From positions 8,238-72,237 of the forward strand of contig DASYUW010000050.1 in NCBI GenBank assembly GCA_036000845.1: DNA of 64,000 bases, in the 5' to 3' direction. Source of the DNA: Burkholderiales bacterium. Lineage in GTDB: Bacteria; Pseudomonadota; Gammaproteobacteria; Burkholderiales; JACQAP01. The position numbers and the translations under genes are program-made. Shown piece by piece: positions 18,174 through 26,384 of the stretch. Positions within the stretch are counted from its first letter, which is position 1, and every line of letters starts with the position of its first letter. The notes under the pieces are model-generated. The model was not told the DNA's origin, ran no database searches, and saw only the letters and a program-made list of their open reading frames with translations.

Positions 18174-18692
18174 TCAGGCCGTAACCAGACTGGTTTTGCG
18201 GCGTGTCATGAATCCCACGACCACGAGGCCAGCGAGCAGCATCATCCACTCGGCGGGCTCGGGCATCGCCGCGATCGCGAACTGGAAGCCGCCGCCCAAC
18301 CCCCCGTCGGCTACTCCCGAAATCCGGGCGGAATAGTCGCCACCGGCGAGAACCGTCGCCAGATCGATCAGGCTGCCATCCAGAGATGTAGTCGTAGCCA
18401 ATGCCGAGCCGGTGGCACCGGAGCCCGTGAACAGCTCAAGCGTCAGATTACTTACAGTTCCCACTGTCGGTGTTCCATCTGGCGCGATGCCGACTGCACT
18501 GGCCAGTACCGTGTGATTACTCCCGTCGACCGTAAAGTTGAAGATTTCCGCGAAGGACGATTCAGCGAAAAAATCGGTCTGCACTTGGCTGTCCGACGAG
18601 AGTGTTCCTAGATCCGTTACGGTTTGAGCTTGGGCCGATCCCATGACGCCCGTAGCCGCGACCACCACTAGTAGAATCTTGAGCAACTTCAT
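18174..18692 (-). CDS. PEP-CTERM-anchored secreted protein (FxDxF-like family)
   Basis: Start chosen at MKLLKILLVVVAATGVMGSAQA (signal peptide). The C-terminus MPEPAEWMMLLAGLVVVGFMTRRK is the PEP motif + TM helix + Arg-rich tail, i.e. an exosortase sorting signal. An FAEIFNFTV motif lies near the N-terminus. Confidence 0.85.
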   Translation of the reverse strand: MKLLKILLVVVAATGVMGSAQAQTVTDLGTLSSDSQVQTDFFAESSFAEIFNFTVDGSNHTVLASAVGIAPDGTPTVGTVSNLTLELFTGSGATGSALATTTSLDGSLIDLATVLAGGDYSARISGVADGGLGGGFQFAIAAMPEPAEWMMLLAGLVVVGFMTRRKTSLVTA

Positions 18693-18858
18693 GGCTTTCT
18701 CCTGACATACTGACATATCATGGAAATGGAACCTTGCATCAGCTTCAATTTATCTGCGCTCTATTACGGAGGTAAGCCGCGCGGGCCCGCCGACTATGCC
18801 CCAGTCGGACTATCACCCTCCTTCTCAGGTTGGGTTTCGGGCCCGGTTGCTCTCCAGC

Positions 18859-19425
18859 TCAAGGAGGAGGCAGTTCGCCGCACATCTCACCCTCCATTGG
18901 CGCCGGCGATGGTCCCTTGGTGGACTTATTCTCCTTATGAAGCTGGATGTTGCCACCGCCGCCGGTCGGGCCGGGAGGGCCCAATTCTCGCGTGGAAAGA
19001 TGGTATCCGCTGCTCAGCCGGAGCCCGAACCTGTCACTGCCGCCTGGCTCGTCGTTGTCCTCCATCCTGACCCGGAACCTCAAAATAGATCTGCTTCCAT
19101 TGACGGTGACCTCGCCGAACCCGCAGATATCACGCGCCTTCGGGAACGCGGGGTCCATGAGATACCCCGTGATTTCCGTGCTTTTCAGGTGACCGGGTGG
19201 GTTGGTGCTATGGTCGAGAACGTTCACATGCCCCCAGAACGCGCCATTCTTGCATCCGCCGTGAGCGCCAAAATTGACAAATTGGCCCGAGTCGCCTATT
19301 ACCCATCCGCCGCCGGTTATGAAGTCGCACGGCGCCGGAACGAAGTGGGCATTGGCAGACCCGGCTGTGAGCGCCCCGGCCAGCACCAGAGGCGCGGCGA
19401 CCAGCATGTAGATGATTCTACGCAT
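18859..19425 (-). CDS. Secreted protein of unknown function (possibly post-COAP-1-type domain)
   Basis: Start at MRRIIYMLVAAPLVLAGALTAGSANA. Motifs are CDFITGGGW, FGAHGGC, WGHVNVLDH, DNDEPGGSDRF and GGGNIQLH. It sits 34 nt downstream of the preceding gene. Confidence 0.6.
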   Translation of the reverse strand: MRRIIYMLVAAPLVLAGALTAGSANAHFVPAPCDFITGGGWVIGDSGQFVNFGAHGGCKNGAFWGHVNVLDHSTNPPGHLKSTEITGYLMDPAFPKARDICGFGEVTVNGSRSILRFRVRMEDNDEPGGSDRFGLRLSSGYHLSTRELGPPGPTGGGGNIQLHKENKSTKGPSPAPMEGEMCGELPPP

Positions 19426-19458
19426 TGTGTTGCTCCTCTCGTATGACTGTTGCATGAC

Positions 19459-20100
19459 TTAGATACCGGCCTTGGCGGATCCGATGACGACATCGGTCAA
19501 GCCGTCGAAGGTCCTGATGTGCAGGGCGTTAACGATGATGCCGTCAGCCGTCTGAATTTGCTCATTCAGGATGACGCTCAGACCGGCTATCGAAATCTGC
19601 TGGTTCGGAACGCCGGCGGGAACAATGGACATGCCGCCGATCGTGAGCCCTTCAATGCTCGTCAGACCGGTGCTGCCTGCATCCGACACTGCCAGCGCTC
19701 TCGACATGATGGCATCCGCCGAGATGCCTACACCGGCCACTGACATGGCCAGATTTCCCAGCGAGGCTTCGGAAGCAACCTGATCGGTCCATCCCATCGT
19801 GACGGCGTGCAAGGCCTCTGCGCTGAGCAGACCGGGGATGCTTCCCGTGGGTTGACCGGTGCCGAGCGGGTCGGCGGGATCGGTGAGCGTGCCGGTATTC
19901 GCGAGACTGGTGACGGTTCCCAAAACAACGGCTGTGACCGCGCTCGCCTGCCCGGTGAGCGTTTGCGTTGAGCCGGTGAGCAACTGCGTGGTGTCGGCGA
20001 GAAGCTGCGCGCTGCCGGCTCCAGGCCATGCCAGCAGTCCCGCCAGGACTCCCGCAACGACCGCGGCCATACCCCTTCTGGACGAATTTCTCTGATGCAT
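19459..20100 (-). CDS. Secreted Thr/Gly/Ala-rich protein of unknown function (possibly choice-of-anchor-P-type)
   Basis: Start ATG 20100 is preceded by AAGGAGG at optimal spacing (MHQRNSSRRGMAAVVAGVLAGLLAWPGAGSA). The C-terminal region GLSVILNEQIQTADGIIVNALHIRTF is distinctive. Confidence 0.6.
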   Translation of the reverse strand: MHQRNSSRRGMAAVVAGVLAGLLAWPGAGSAQLLADTTQLLTGSTQTLTGQASAVTAVVLGTVTSLANTGTLTDPADPLGTGQPTGSIPGLLSAEALHAVTMGWTDQVASEASLGNLAMSVAGVGISADAIMSRALAVSDAGSTGLTSIEGLTIGGMSIVPAGVPNQQISIAGLSVILNEQIQTADGIIVNALHIRTFDGLTDVVIGSAKAGI

Positions 20101-20522
20101 AGTGAATAGCCTCCTTAGTTCAGTTTTCAAACTGCCTGAGCAGCTTCGACGTGACCGGAATAACTGGCCACCACTCTCTATATCTATGCACGGCTATCCC
20201 CACGTCATCTTCTTCTACCTGCTTGGCCGAATGCGTTGAGGTTCGATGTCGCGTGAGCCACGACGCTCCGGTCCTTTTCGCGGAAAATGCCCGCTGCATA
20301 GGACATGAGTGTGATCCACGCTCCATTACAGAACTAAGCCGCGAAGCGCACCGACCGCGTCCCAATCGGACCACCGAACATGCACCAATCGGACTAACGT
20401 CTTGGGAGTGTCGTACCGTTGGGTGGGATGTGTGCTGTACCCGATTTTCGGGACAGCTACGAACGCAGCTTCAGCAGGCGGGGCAGGCCGCAGCGTCCTG
20501 CCTACCTTGATCAGTGTTTGCC

Positions 20523-20648
20523 TCATCGACGGACGTCAAAAGCATCCACCACCACATAGTTATTCGTGGCAGCAGTGTTCTGCCGGCCCGTCGCTTCGAT
20601 GAGTGCGCGCCGCGAGCCAGCTTGCGGACGCGCCGCGATCTCTGCGCC
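20523..20648 (-). pseudogene. Relic 3' end of a CBM-like-repeat gene (paralog of 6571..8187)
   Basis: My translation is GAEIAARPQAGSRRALIEATGRQNTAATNNYVVVDAFDVRR*, which matches the repeat ending (HTLTIEATGRKN...VVVDAFDV). It has no start codon. It begins at, and in frame with, the stop codon of the CPBP gene. Confidence 0.7.
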
Positions 20649-21383
20649 TCACCATAGGTGCCAGTTTCGGGTAGCGAGAACCCAAATTCCGAGTGCGCCG
20701 TTGGTAATCGCATGCGACGCGATTGGAACCCACAGGTTCCCGGTTCGGATGTACACCCAGTTGTAGAGCAGGCCCGCTATCAGCCCGGCAAACCAGAGCG
20801 AATGCTCCGATGCAAACAGCGCTGCCGTCAGCACGAACGCGCGGGGACTGGTACGCCGCGGATCAGCCGCGCTGAAATCCCGGGCGTCCAGCCACCGGAG
20901 AAGAAATGATCGCCAGAATAGCTCCTCCATAACGGGCACGACCAGGGCCAGCTCGGCCAAGCGCAGGCTGGCGAGGATGAGGTCGATCCCGCCGTCGCGG
21001 CCGGTGGGATCGAATACCCTGGTGCTCCCGAATACGGCCCAGCCGCTGTCGAAGCGAATCCACACCACAAATACCACCAGTCCGGAACCGATAGCGAGCA
21101 GCCACTGATGCGGCTTCACGTCGCCGATTGCACTGAGTTCCCCATAGCCGCGCCAAAAACAGGCGAGGGCCAAGGTAACAGCCACGGTCCGGAGCACGTT
21201 CAGCCAGCGCAGATTCCACTCGGCGTGCTGCGGAGCCATTTCATGGACGAGCGATGAAAGTGCAACGAAAGCGATGAAAATAGCGAACGGAGTTACCCGC
21301 ATCACCGCAGGATGCGCCAGCGCTGCCGCAATTTTCTGACGATGATTCAGGCGCATGAGTTTCGTCCCAAATCGCTCGCGCAT
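20649..21383 (-). CDS. CPBP-family intramembrane glutamic endopeptidase (CAAX-protease-related, PEP-CTERM-locus type)
   Basis: 244 aa. VPVMEELFWRSF (the EExxxR motif), FASEHS and IASHAITNG are the CPBP/Abi signatures. Confidence 0.85.
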   Translation of the reverse strand: MRERFGTKLMRLNHRQKIAAALAHPAVMRVTPFAIFIAFVALSSLVHEMAPQHAEWNLRWLNVLRTVAVTLALACFWRGYGELSAIGDVKPHQWLLAIGSGLVVFVVWIRFDSGWAVFGSTRVFDPTGRDGGIDLILASLRLAELALVVPVMEELFWRSFLLRWLDARDFSAADPRRTSPRAFVLTAALFASEHSLWFAGLIAGLLYNWVYIRTGNLWVPIASHAITNGALGIWVLATRNWHLW

Positions 21384-21821
21384 CGCTTTCGTTTCGGCCG
21401 TGCGGAGCAGAAGCGGGAAATCGCCTCACACGATGTGATGCCGCCTAGGGACCTTCGAATTCGTGGCGGTTTGGACGTCCCCTGAACCTAAGGGTCAGGC
21501 TGGCCGCGCCCTGAATCGGCCGCTCCAGCGCCGCAGCTAAGCGGCAACGGCTGCGCGGGCTGCAGCGACGGACTCTCATTTACCCGATCCGCTTGCATTC
21601 CGAAGGGAGTTATCGCGAAGCGAGGAATGGTGGCCGCTGTGGAAATTGAAGAGCTGCCAGCTCCGCGACTCGCGGTGATCCATGCCGCCTACTCGACACG
21701 CACGCACTGCCTCGTCGGGACGGGCCTGGCTTGCTCCTTCCACCGGCAAGCGCTTTGCAGATTATGGGGCCAAGGTGATGACGGTTCGGGCGTCTGCCGC
21801 GACGCCCGTAGTCAAAAAGGA

Positions 21822-22046
21822 CTAGTGTCCTGTCCCGCTGATTCGTGGGATAACTTTCGAACCTTGAAAGCCAGCCTTCTGATGAATTTGACAGCAATCC
21901 ACTTTGGTCGGAAAACCCGCGAAATCGGCGTCAGGCAAGGCGCGAGTCCTTGACAGTGGCGGGGCCCCACGGCGAGGACTCGTAACACAGCATGGCGCCG
22001 ATTCTCGTCGGGTTTTCAGCCAGGAGTCAGCGGGACAGGACACTAG
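21822..22046. mobile_element. MITE copy 1 (225 bp) with perfect 20-bp terminal inverted repeats CTAGTGTCCTGTCCCGCTGA
   Basis: The left end ctagtgtcctgtcccgctga and right end tcagcgggacaggacactag are exact reverse complements. The internal part is about 85% identical to 56510..56676, with an extra ~60 bp at 21842..21909. No ORF. Confidence 0.8.
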
Positions 22047-22064
22047 GGTCCCGCCGCCGCCGGA

Positions 22065-22178
22065 TCAGGTGTTCAACATGCGAAGCACCACCGACTTGCC
22101 GACCGCCTGAGTGAGGTTCAGCACCTCCAGATTGCGCAGGATCTTCTGCACGCGGTTCTTCACCGTCAGCGGACTGGT
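22065..22178 (-). pseudogene. Relic C-terminal LuxR-type HTH (EpsA paralog fragment)
   Basis: My translation is TSPLTVKNRVQKILRNLEVLNLTQAVGKSVVLRMLNT*. EpsA ends ISPLTVKNHVQKILRKLNVVNRAQAVGKGLDLRILKP*. An in-frame stop lies immediately upstream, so only 37 codons survive. Confidence 0.75.
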
Positions 22179-22509
22179 TCAGCCGGAGCACATGTTAGTC
22201 GATGAAAAACCAGAAGGTTTTGCGTGGGGCGAAGTCATCGCGTTTCGTGTCCATCCAATGGAAGGGAGGAACGCGGAATGAGGGCATGGTCGTCGCTGCG
22301 GAGGGCTGCGGGACGGATCCGGGCCGCCGCCATAGTTCTTTGGAACTAGGCCGCCGCTCTACTGGTGTCTCCAATCACGCGCTACCCTTCGCTGGGAATG
22401 GTGGCGCACAGGATCGTGCGGAGCGCCATTCCATCCATTGCCAAAGACCGCCGCTCCATATACAGGATAGGCCCGGCACGGAATCCAATTCCGCCGCCCC
22501 GATCAAGCC

Positions 22510-23904
22510 TTGCTCGCCACACACCATACTCAGCCACGTCTTCTAGCCAGCCAGCTCGCGCCTGGCACTCTGGTGCGGGTGTCCCTCGATCCCCTGGTGG
22601 CAATCGGCATGCTTCTCGCCTCCATCCACGCGTTTGACGAGGAGTTCGGGGGTTCCTACCTGATCCTCGCGCTCCTCGTGTTTTCGCTGACCTTTCCTGG
22701 CAGCTCCCCGAAGAGCACCAGCATTCGGGGGCTGGTGGGCGACGTCTTGGCGGGCTGGGTCGTTGTCGTCGCCCTTCTGGTCCTCCTGGGATGGGCTACG
22801 CAGACACTCGGCTCCTTCGACCCGCGCGTCATCCTCGCCTGGCTGTGTGCCACGCCCATTGCACAGTTCATCGCGCATCTCGTTGTGCCGGCCGTTCTAC
22901 CGCGGCTGCTGGCAGCGGAGAACCTGCAACGGGTCGCGGTCATCGCCGGGGGTGGCGAGCTCGGCTGCAAACTCGCCGATCGCATTCGCACCATGCCCTT
23001 TCTCGGCATTGGTTTTGCCGGCTATTTCGACGACCGAAGTCACGAGCGCATGCAAGGCATCTCTCAGGACGAGTGTCTCGGCAAACTCGGCGAGCTCGCC
23101 GCTTACGCGAAATCGCATCGCGTGGACCTGATCTACATCACGCTGCCGATGGCTTCGCAGCCACGCATCCTGAAGCTGCTCGAGGAATTGCGCGATACCA
23201 CGGCATCGATCTACTTCACGCCCGACATCTTCCTGTCCGACCTGATCCAGGCACGCGTGGACGCGATCGGTGAGATACCCGTCGTCGCCGTCTGCGAAAC
23301 GCCGTTCTACGGTATCAACGGCCTGATCAAATGGGCAAGCGACATCGTCCTCGCGTCGACCATCCTGGTCCTGATCTCGCCGCTGCTGCTTGCGATCGCG
23401 ATCGGCGTGAAACTGAGCTCCCCGGGATCGGTGCTCTTCAAGCAGCGTCGTTACGGCCTCGATGGCAGAGAAATCATCGTCTACAAGCTTCGTACGATGA
23501 CCGTTCTCGAGGACGGCGACGTGGTCAGGCAGGCTACGCGCAACGACCCCCGAGTGACACCCTTCGGCGTATTCTTGCGGCGATATTCGCTCGATGAGCT
23601 GCCCCAGTTCATCAACGTGCTGCAAGGACGCATGAGCGTGGTCGGGCCGCGCCCTTACGCGGTCGCCCACAACGAAATGTACCGCAAGTTAATCAATGGT
23701 CACATGATCCGGCACAAGGTCAAGCCGGGCATCACTGGCTGGGCGCAGGTGAACGGCCTGCGCGGTGAACCCGACAACATCGACCAGACGAAGGTGTGCA
23801 TCGAGTATGACCTGGCCTATCTGCGCAACTGGTCACTCCAGTTCGACCTGCAGATAGTGCTGAAAACCATCTTCTTCGTGCTGAAGAGGGCAAACGACCA
23901 CTGA
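22510..23904 (+). CDS. epsB: Undecaprenyl-phosphate hexose-1-phosphate transferase (WcaJ/EpsB-type priming sugar transferase)
   Basis: N-terminal TM helices, a central Rossmann-like domain and a C-terminal bacterial sugar transferase domain (LDELPQFINVLQGRMSVVGPRP...KPGITGWAQVNG). The track start is a TTG. The true start is uncertain (GTG 22573 is possible). Confidence 0.85.
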   Translation: MLATHHTQPRLLASQLAPGTLVRVSLDPLVAIGMLLASIHAFDEEFGGSYLILALLVFSLTFPGSSPKSTSIRGLVGDVLAGWVVVVALLVLLGWATQTLGSFDPRVILAWLCATPIAQFIAHLVVPAVLPRLLAAENLQRVAVIAGGGELGCKLADRIRTMPFLGIGFAGYFDDRSHERMQGISQDECLGKLGELAAYAKSHRVDLIYITLPMASQPRILKLLEELRDTTASIYFTPDIFLSDLIQARVDAIGEIPVVAVCETPFYGINGLIKWASDIVLASTILVLISPLLLAIAIGVKLSSPGSVLFKQRRYGLDGREIIVYKLRTMTVLEDGDVVRQATRNDPRVTPFGVFLRRYSLDELPQFINVLQGRMSVVGPRPYAVAHNEMYRKLINGHMIRHKVKPGITGWAQVNGLRGEPDNIDQTKVCIEYDLAYLRNWSLQFDLQIVLKTIFFVLKRANDH

Positions 23905-23923
23905 GCCATCGGGCCCCGCTGCA

Positions 23924-24079
23924 ATGGGAGAAACACCGCGTGCATATATCCCCTTGGGGGTGCGCCATCGGCTGAAGAACCCGGGGAAGATTCCGCTGCA
24001 GATCATCGAAATCCAGTCCGGCGCGTATTTCGTCGAGAATGAAATCGTACGCCTTGAAGATGCCTATCACCGTGTCTGA
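23924..24079 (+). pseudogene. Relic cupin C-terminus of mannose-1-phosphate guanylyltransferase/mannose-6-phosphate isomerase (ManC/XanB/AlgA-type)
   Basis: A 51-codon ORF below the track cutoff: MGETPRAYIPLGVRHRLKNPGKIPLQIIEIQSGAYFVENEIVRLEDAYHRV*. This matches the conserved end of type-II PMI/GMP enzymes (H-R-x-x-N-P-G...EVQ-G-Y..EDDIVR..D.YGR). The ~430 aa that should precede it are absent. Confidence 0.6.
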
Positions 24080-24470
24080 AAGAAACCCAGCGGTGCTCGA
24101 CCTCATCTCGCATCCGTTGTTGCGGTGTCTTTGCCTGGCGCTCGCAGCGGCGATGACCTTCCAGCTGTTTTACACGGGATCCGATCCCGCTGCGGCCGCG
24201 TTGATCCCCGCACCACCGTGGGACAAGCTCGCGCACTTCGTCGTCTACTCCGCTATTACGGTGCTATTGTGGTTCGGAACAGCGGGGCGCGCGCCGCTTG
24301 CGGTGATCGCAGCCATAGTCGCCGTCGGCGCACTCGATGAATTGCACCAGGGGAGCATTCCGGGCCGGGTCGCCGATGCGGCGGATTTTGTAGTGGACGT
24401 CTGCGCCGCAATTGGCATCGGCGCCGTAATGCTGCTGCGTGATGCGCGACGAAAGACCGATGACAGGTAG
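24039..24470 (+). CDS. VanZ-like family membrane protein
   Basis: DKLAHFVVYSAITVLLWF...GALDELHQGSIPGRVADAADFVVDVCAAIGIG is the VanZ-like signature. The start is uncertain. GTG 24093 would avoid overlap with the cupin relic. Confidence 0.6.
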   Translation: MKSYALKMPITVSERNPAVLDLISHPLLRCLCLALAAAMTFQLFYTGSDPAAAALIPAPPWDKLAHFVVYSAITVLLWFGTAGRAPLAVIAAIVAVGALDELHQGSIPGRVADAADFVVDVCAAIGIGAVMLLRDARRKTDDR

Positions 24471-24510
24471 TGCCGCAGTTACCGTGGCGCCCGCCGTACC
24501 GCTTCGCCTC

Positions 24511-25812
24511 CTAGAATCCCAGTCGAGCACTCACGCTGAAAATTTCGGCTTTATAATCGCCGGAAACGAACGTCGACGAGCGCGTTTCGCGCCGTACAGC
24601 CATCTCAAGCGTGACCGACCTTACGGGCCGGTAAGACACCGCCAACCCGGCCGAACGCACCTGATCGGTCCGGGGCGGTACCGTGCTCACCACCTGCCCC
24701 GGGTCACCACGATATTCTCTCTCGCTGTACTCATAGGCTCCCGACAATCTGACCTTCTCCGTCGGCCGCAGCGACGGGCGCAGTGCGGCACCCTTGACGA
24801 GCACGAAGCTTGTATTGACTTGCTCCGTCGCGCTGACGTCTCGTTGGGCGATGGCGCTCAGCGTGAGCTTTCCGGTAGCCATCCAGTCGTACGCGGCGTG
24901 GAATATCGAGCCGGTGAAGTCGCGCTCCGGCAACTGGTCGTGGCTCCGGCTGATCCAGCCGGCACGCGCGCTCACGTGCGAACGACCCGTCAGGGTCAAG
25001 TCGGTGATGGCAGCCACCCTGTACTGCCGGTACGCGTTGTCGATAACGATTGTCCCCACCGTCTGGCTGTTCGGAAAGCGGGCCTCCTCAACCCTCATGT
25101 TGAGGCCAACCTGGTTATTGGCCGGCGTGAAGTAGCTTGCGGTGAGATCGGTGCCATCGATGCCGATGTCGTTAACCTGGAACTCGAAAACTTCGTTCGA
25201 CTGCTCGAGTCTGCTCACTTCCCCCTGCAACCGCCAGCGCGGCGTCAACGTATACGCGGCATTGAAGAACGTCCGTTGAGTCTTGAGGGGATTGGGTGTA
25301 CTGCTTTGTACATCACCCTGGATGTTGGCCAACGACGACAACGCAAGGGTTTCGGTATATCCCAGCTCGCCGCTAAGCTGGTTGCCGATCTGCCACTGCC
25401 AGATTGCTCGCCCGTCGTGACCGTCGAAATTGAGAACGGTAAACCGGTCGTAATTCGTGTTGTTCAGCGTCAGACCGCCCGTAAAGCGCTGTCGGCTCAC
25501 CGGCACGTCGAGGTTGAATCCGAACGACGTGGTGCGGTAGGTATCCCCTGGCGAGCCCAGAACAGCCGCCGGATCGCTTTGGCTGGAGATTCGGAATACG
25601 TTATCGTCGTGGGTGACTGCTTCCGAAACGAACAGCTCGAGCCGGTCGCCCCACAAGGCGTCGGCATCGGCCACCGGCGCCATGCCGCCGACGAGCAGCA
25701 ACGCCGTACTCAAGCTTCGCGGCCAGGCCCCATTACGCCGTGGCGCGGCGCCACCTGCCCCGCCCCGCCGCTCACCACAGATGCCGGCTTCCGGTAACAA
25801 GAATCCCCCCAA
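24511..25812 (-). CDS. epsL: Exosortase-locus outer-membrane beta-barrel protein (EpsL-like)
   Basis: Alternating beta-strand pattern, aromatic girdle residues and a C-terminal ...FSVSARLGF (terminal Phe, an OMP signature). The signal sequence is around LLLVGGMAPVADA. The exact start is uncertain. Confidence 0.65.
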   Translation of the reverse strand: MGGFLLPEAGICGERRGGAGGAAPRRNGAWPRSLSTALLLVGGMAPVADADALWGDRLELFVSEAVTHDDNVFRISSQSDPAAVLGSPGDTYRTTSFGFNLDVPVSRQRFTGGLTLNNTNYDRFTVLNFDGHDGRAIWQWQIGNQLSGELGYTETLALSSLANIQGDVQSSTPNPLKTQRTFFNAAYTLTPRWRLQGEVSRLEQSNEVFEFQVNDIGIDGTDLTASYFTPANNQVGLNMRVEEARFPNSQTVGTIVIDNAYRQYRVAAITDLTLTGRSHVSARAGWISRSHDQLPERDFTGSIFHAAYDWMATGKLTLSAIAQRDVSATEQVNTSFVLVKGAALRPSLRPTEKVRLSGAYEYSEREYRGDPGQVVSTVPPRTDQVRSAGLAVSYRPVRSVTLEMAVRRETRSSTFVSGDYKAEIFSVSARLGF

Positions 25813-26127
25813 TTCTCGCTGCGCCGCTCCGGGTAACCGTGCCCGAATTCAAGCGGGCACTGCAGCCACCGCCGCCGGAAGCAGTACGATCAGCCAGTGC
25901 AGGGCGCAAAAGGAACTTTACCGGCCGGATTCGGACAGCCGCAAAGACAGCGCGATGAATGCGATGGACTGGGCGAACGCCGCGACCGGCGCCGTCGCCG
26001 GACAGGCCAAGACCATCCGACATTCATGATAACGGGCCAAGTCAGTCGCCAGCAAATGGGCAGGCCCCGATCCGACCCTTCCCCAGAGGGGTGGCGGGTG
26101 CGACCCCGCGTCTGCGACCGGCTCAAC

Positions 26128-26217
26128 TCAGATCGAGAAGATGCGCCGACGGGCCACCGCGCACATGGCGAGCAAGCCTGCGATCAGCAAGACAAACGTA
26201 GTATCGAGTTCGCGCAT
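26128..26217 (-). CDS. Candidate 29-aa membrane micro-protein MRELDTTFVLLIAGLLAMCAVARRRIFSI
   Basis: Below the track cutoff. ATG 26217 is preceded by GGAAGGAGA at about 7 nt. It is a single TM helix followed by RRR, like the tail of a PEP-CTERM signal without the PEP. There is no homology evidence. Confidence 0.3.
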   Translation of the reverse strand: MRELDTTFVLLIAGLLAMCAVARRRIFSI

Positions 26218-26384
26218 AGCGCGTCTCCTTCCGTCCTTCCATAAAGTGACGACACAAGTTAGCGCTACCGCCTTACACCAAGTTGCTGCGGCCCCCGCCT
26301 CGGCTCAGCCCGCCCTGGCTATGCACCGCCGCGCGGAACAACGATGCGCCCAGTACCGCGCCACCCCCGGGAGGGGGTCGGCCG

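Noticed and set aside
21682-21825. 47-codon ORF as a family III CoA-transferase N-terminal relic
   Set aside because: The similarity rests on a short G..G...(F/L)AD(Y/L)GA.V motif recalled from memory, which is too weak to annotate. It is mentioned only as context for the MITE insertion.
25772-26126. Small ORFs in the gap between the OM barrel gene and the micro-ORF (e.g. 25772..26023, 25890..26126, and a 32-codon hydrophobic frame)
   Set aside because: They have no Shine-Dalgarno sequences, they overlap one another, and their Arg/Ser/Pro-rich products are implausible.
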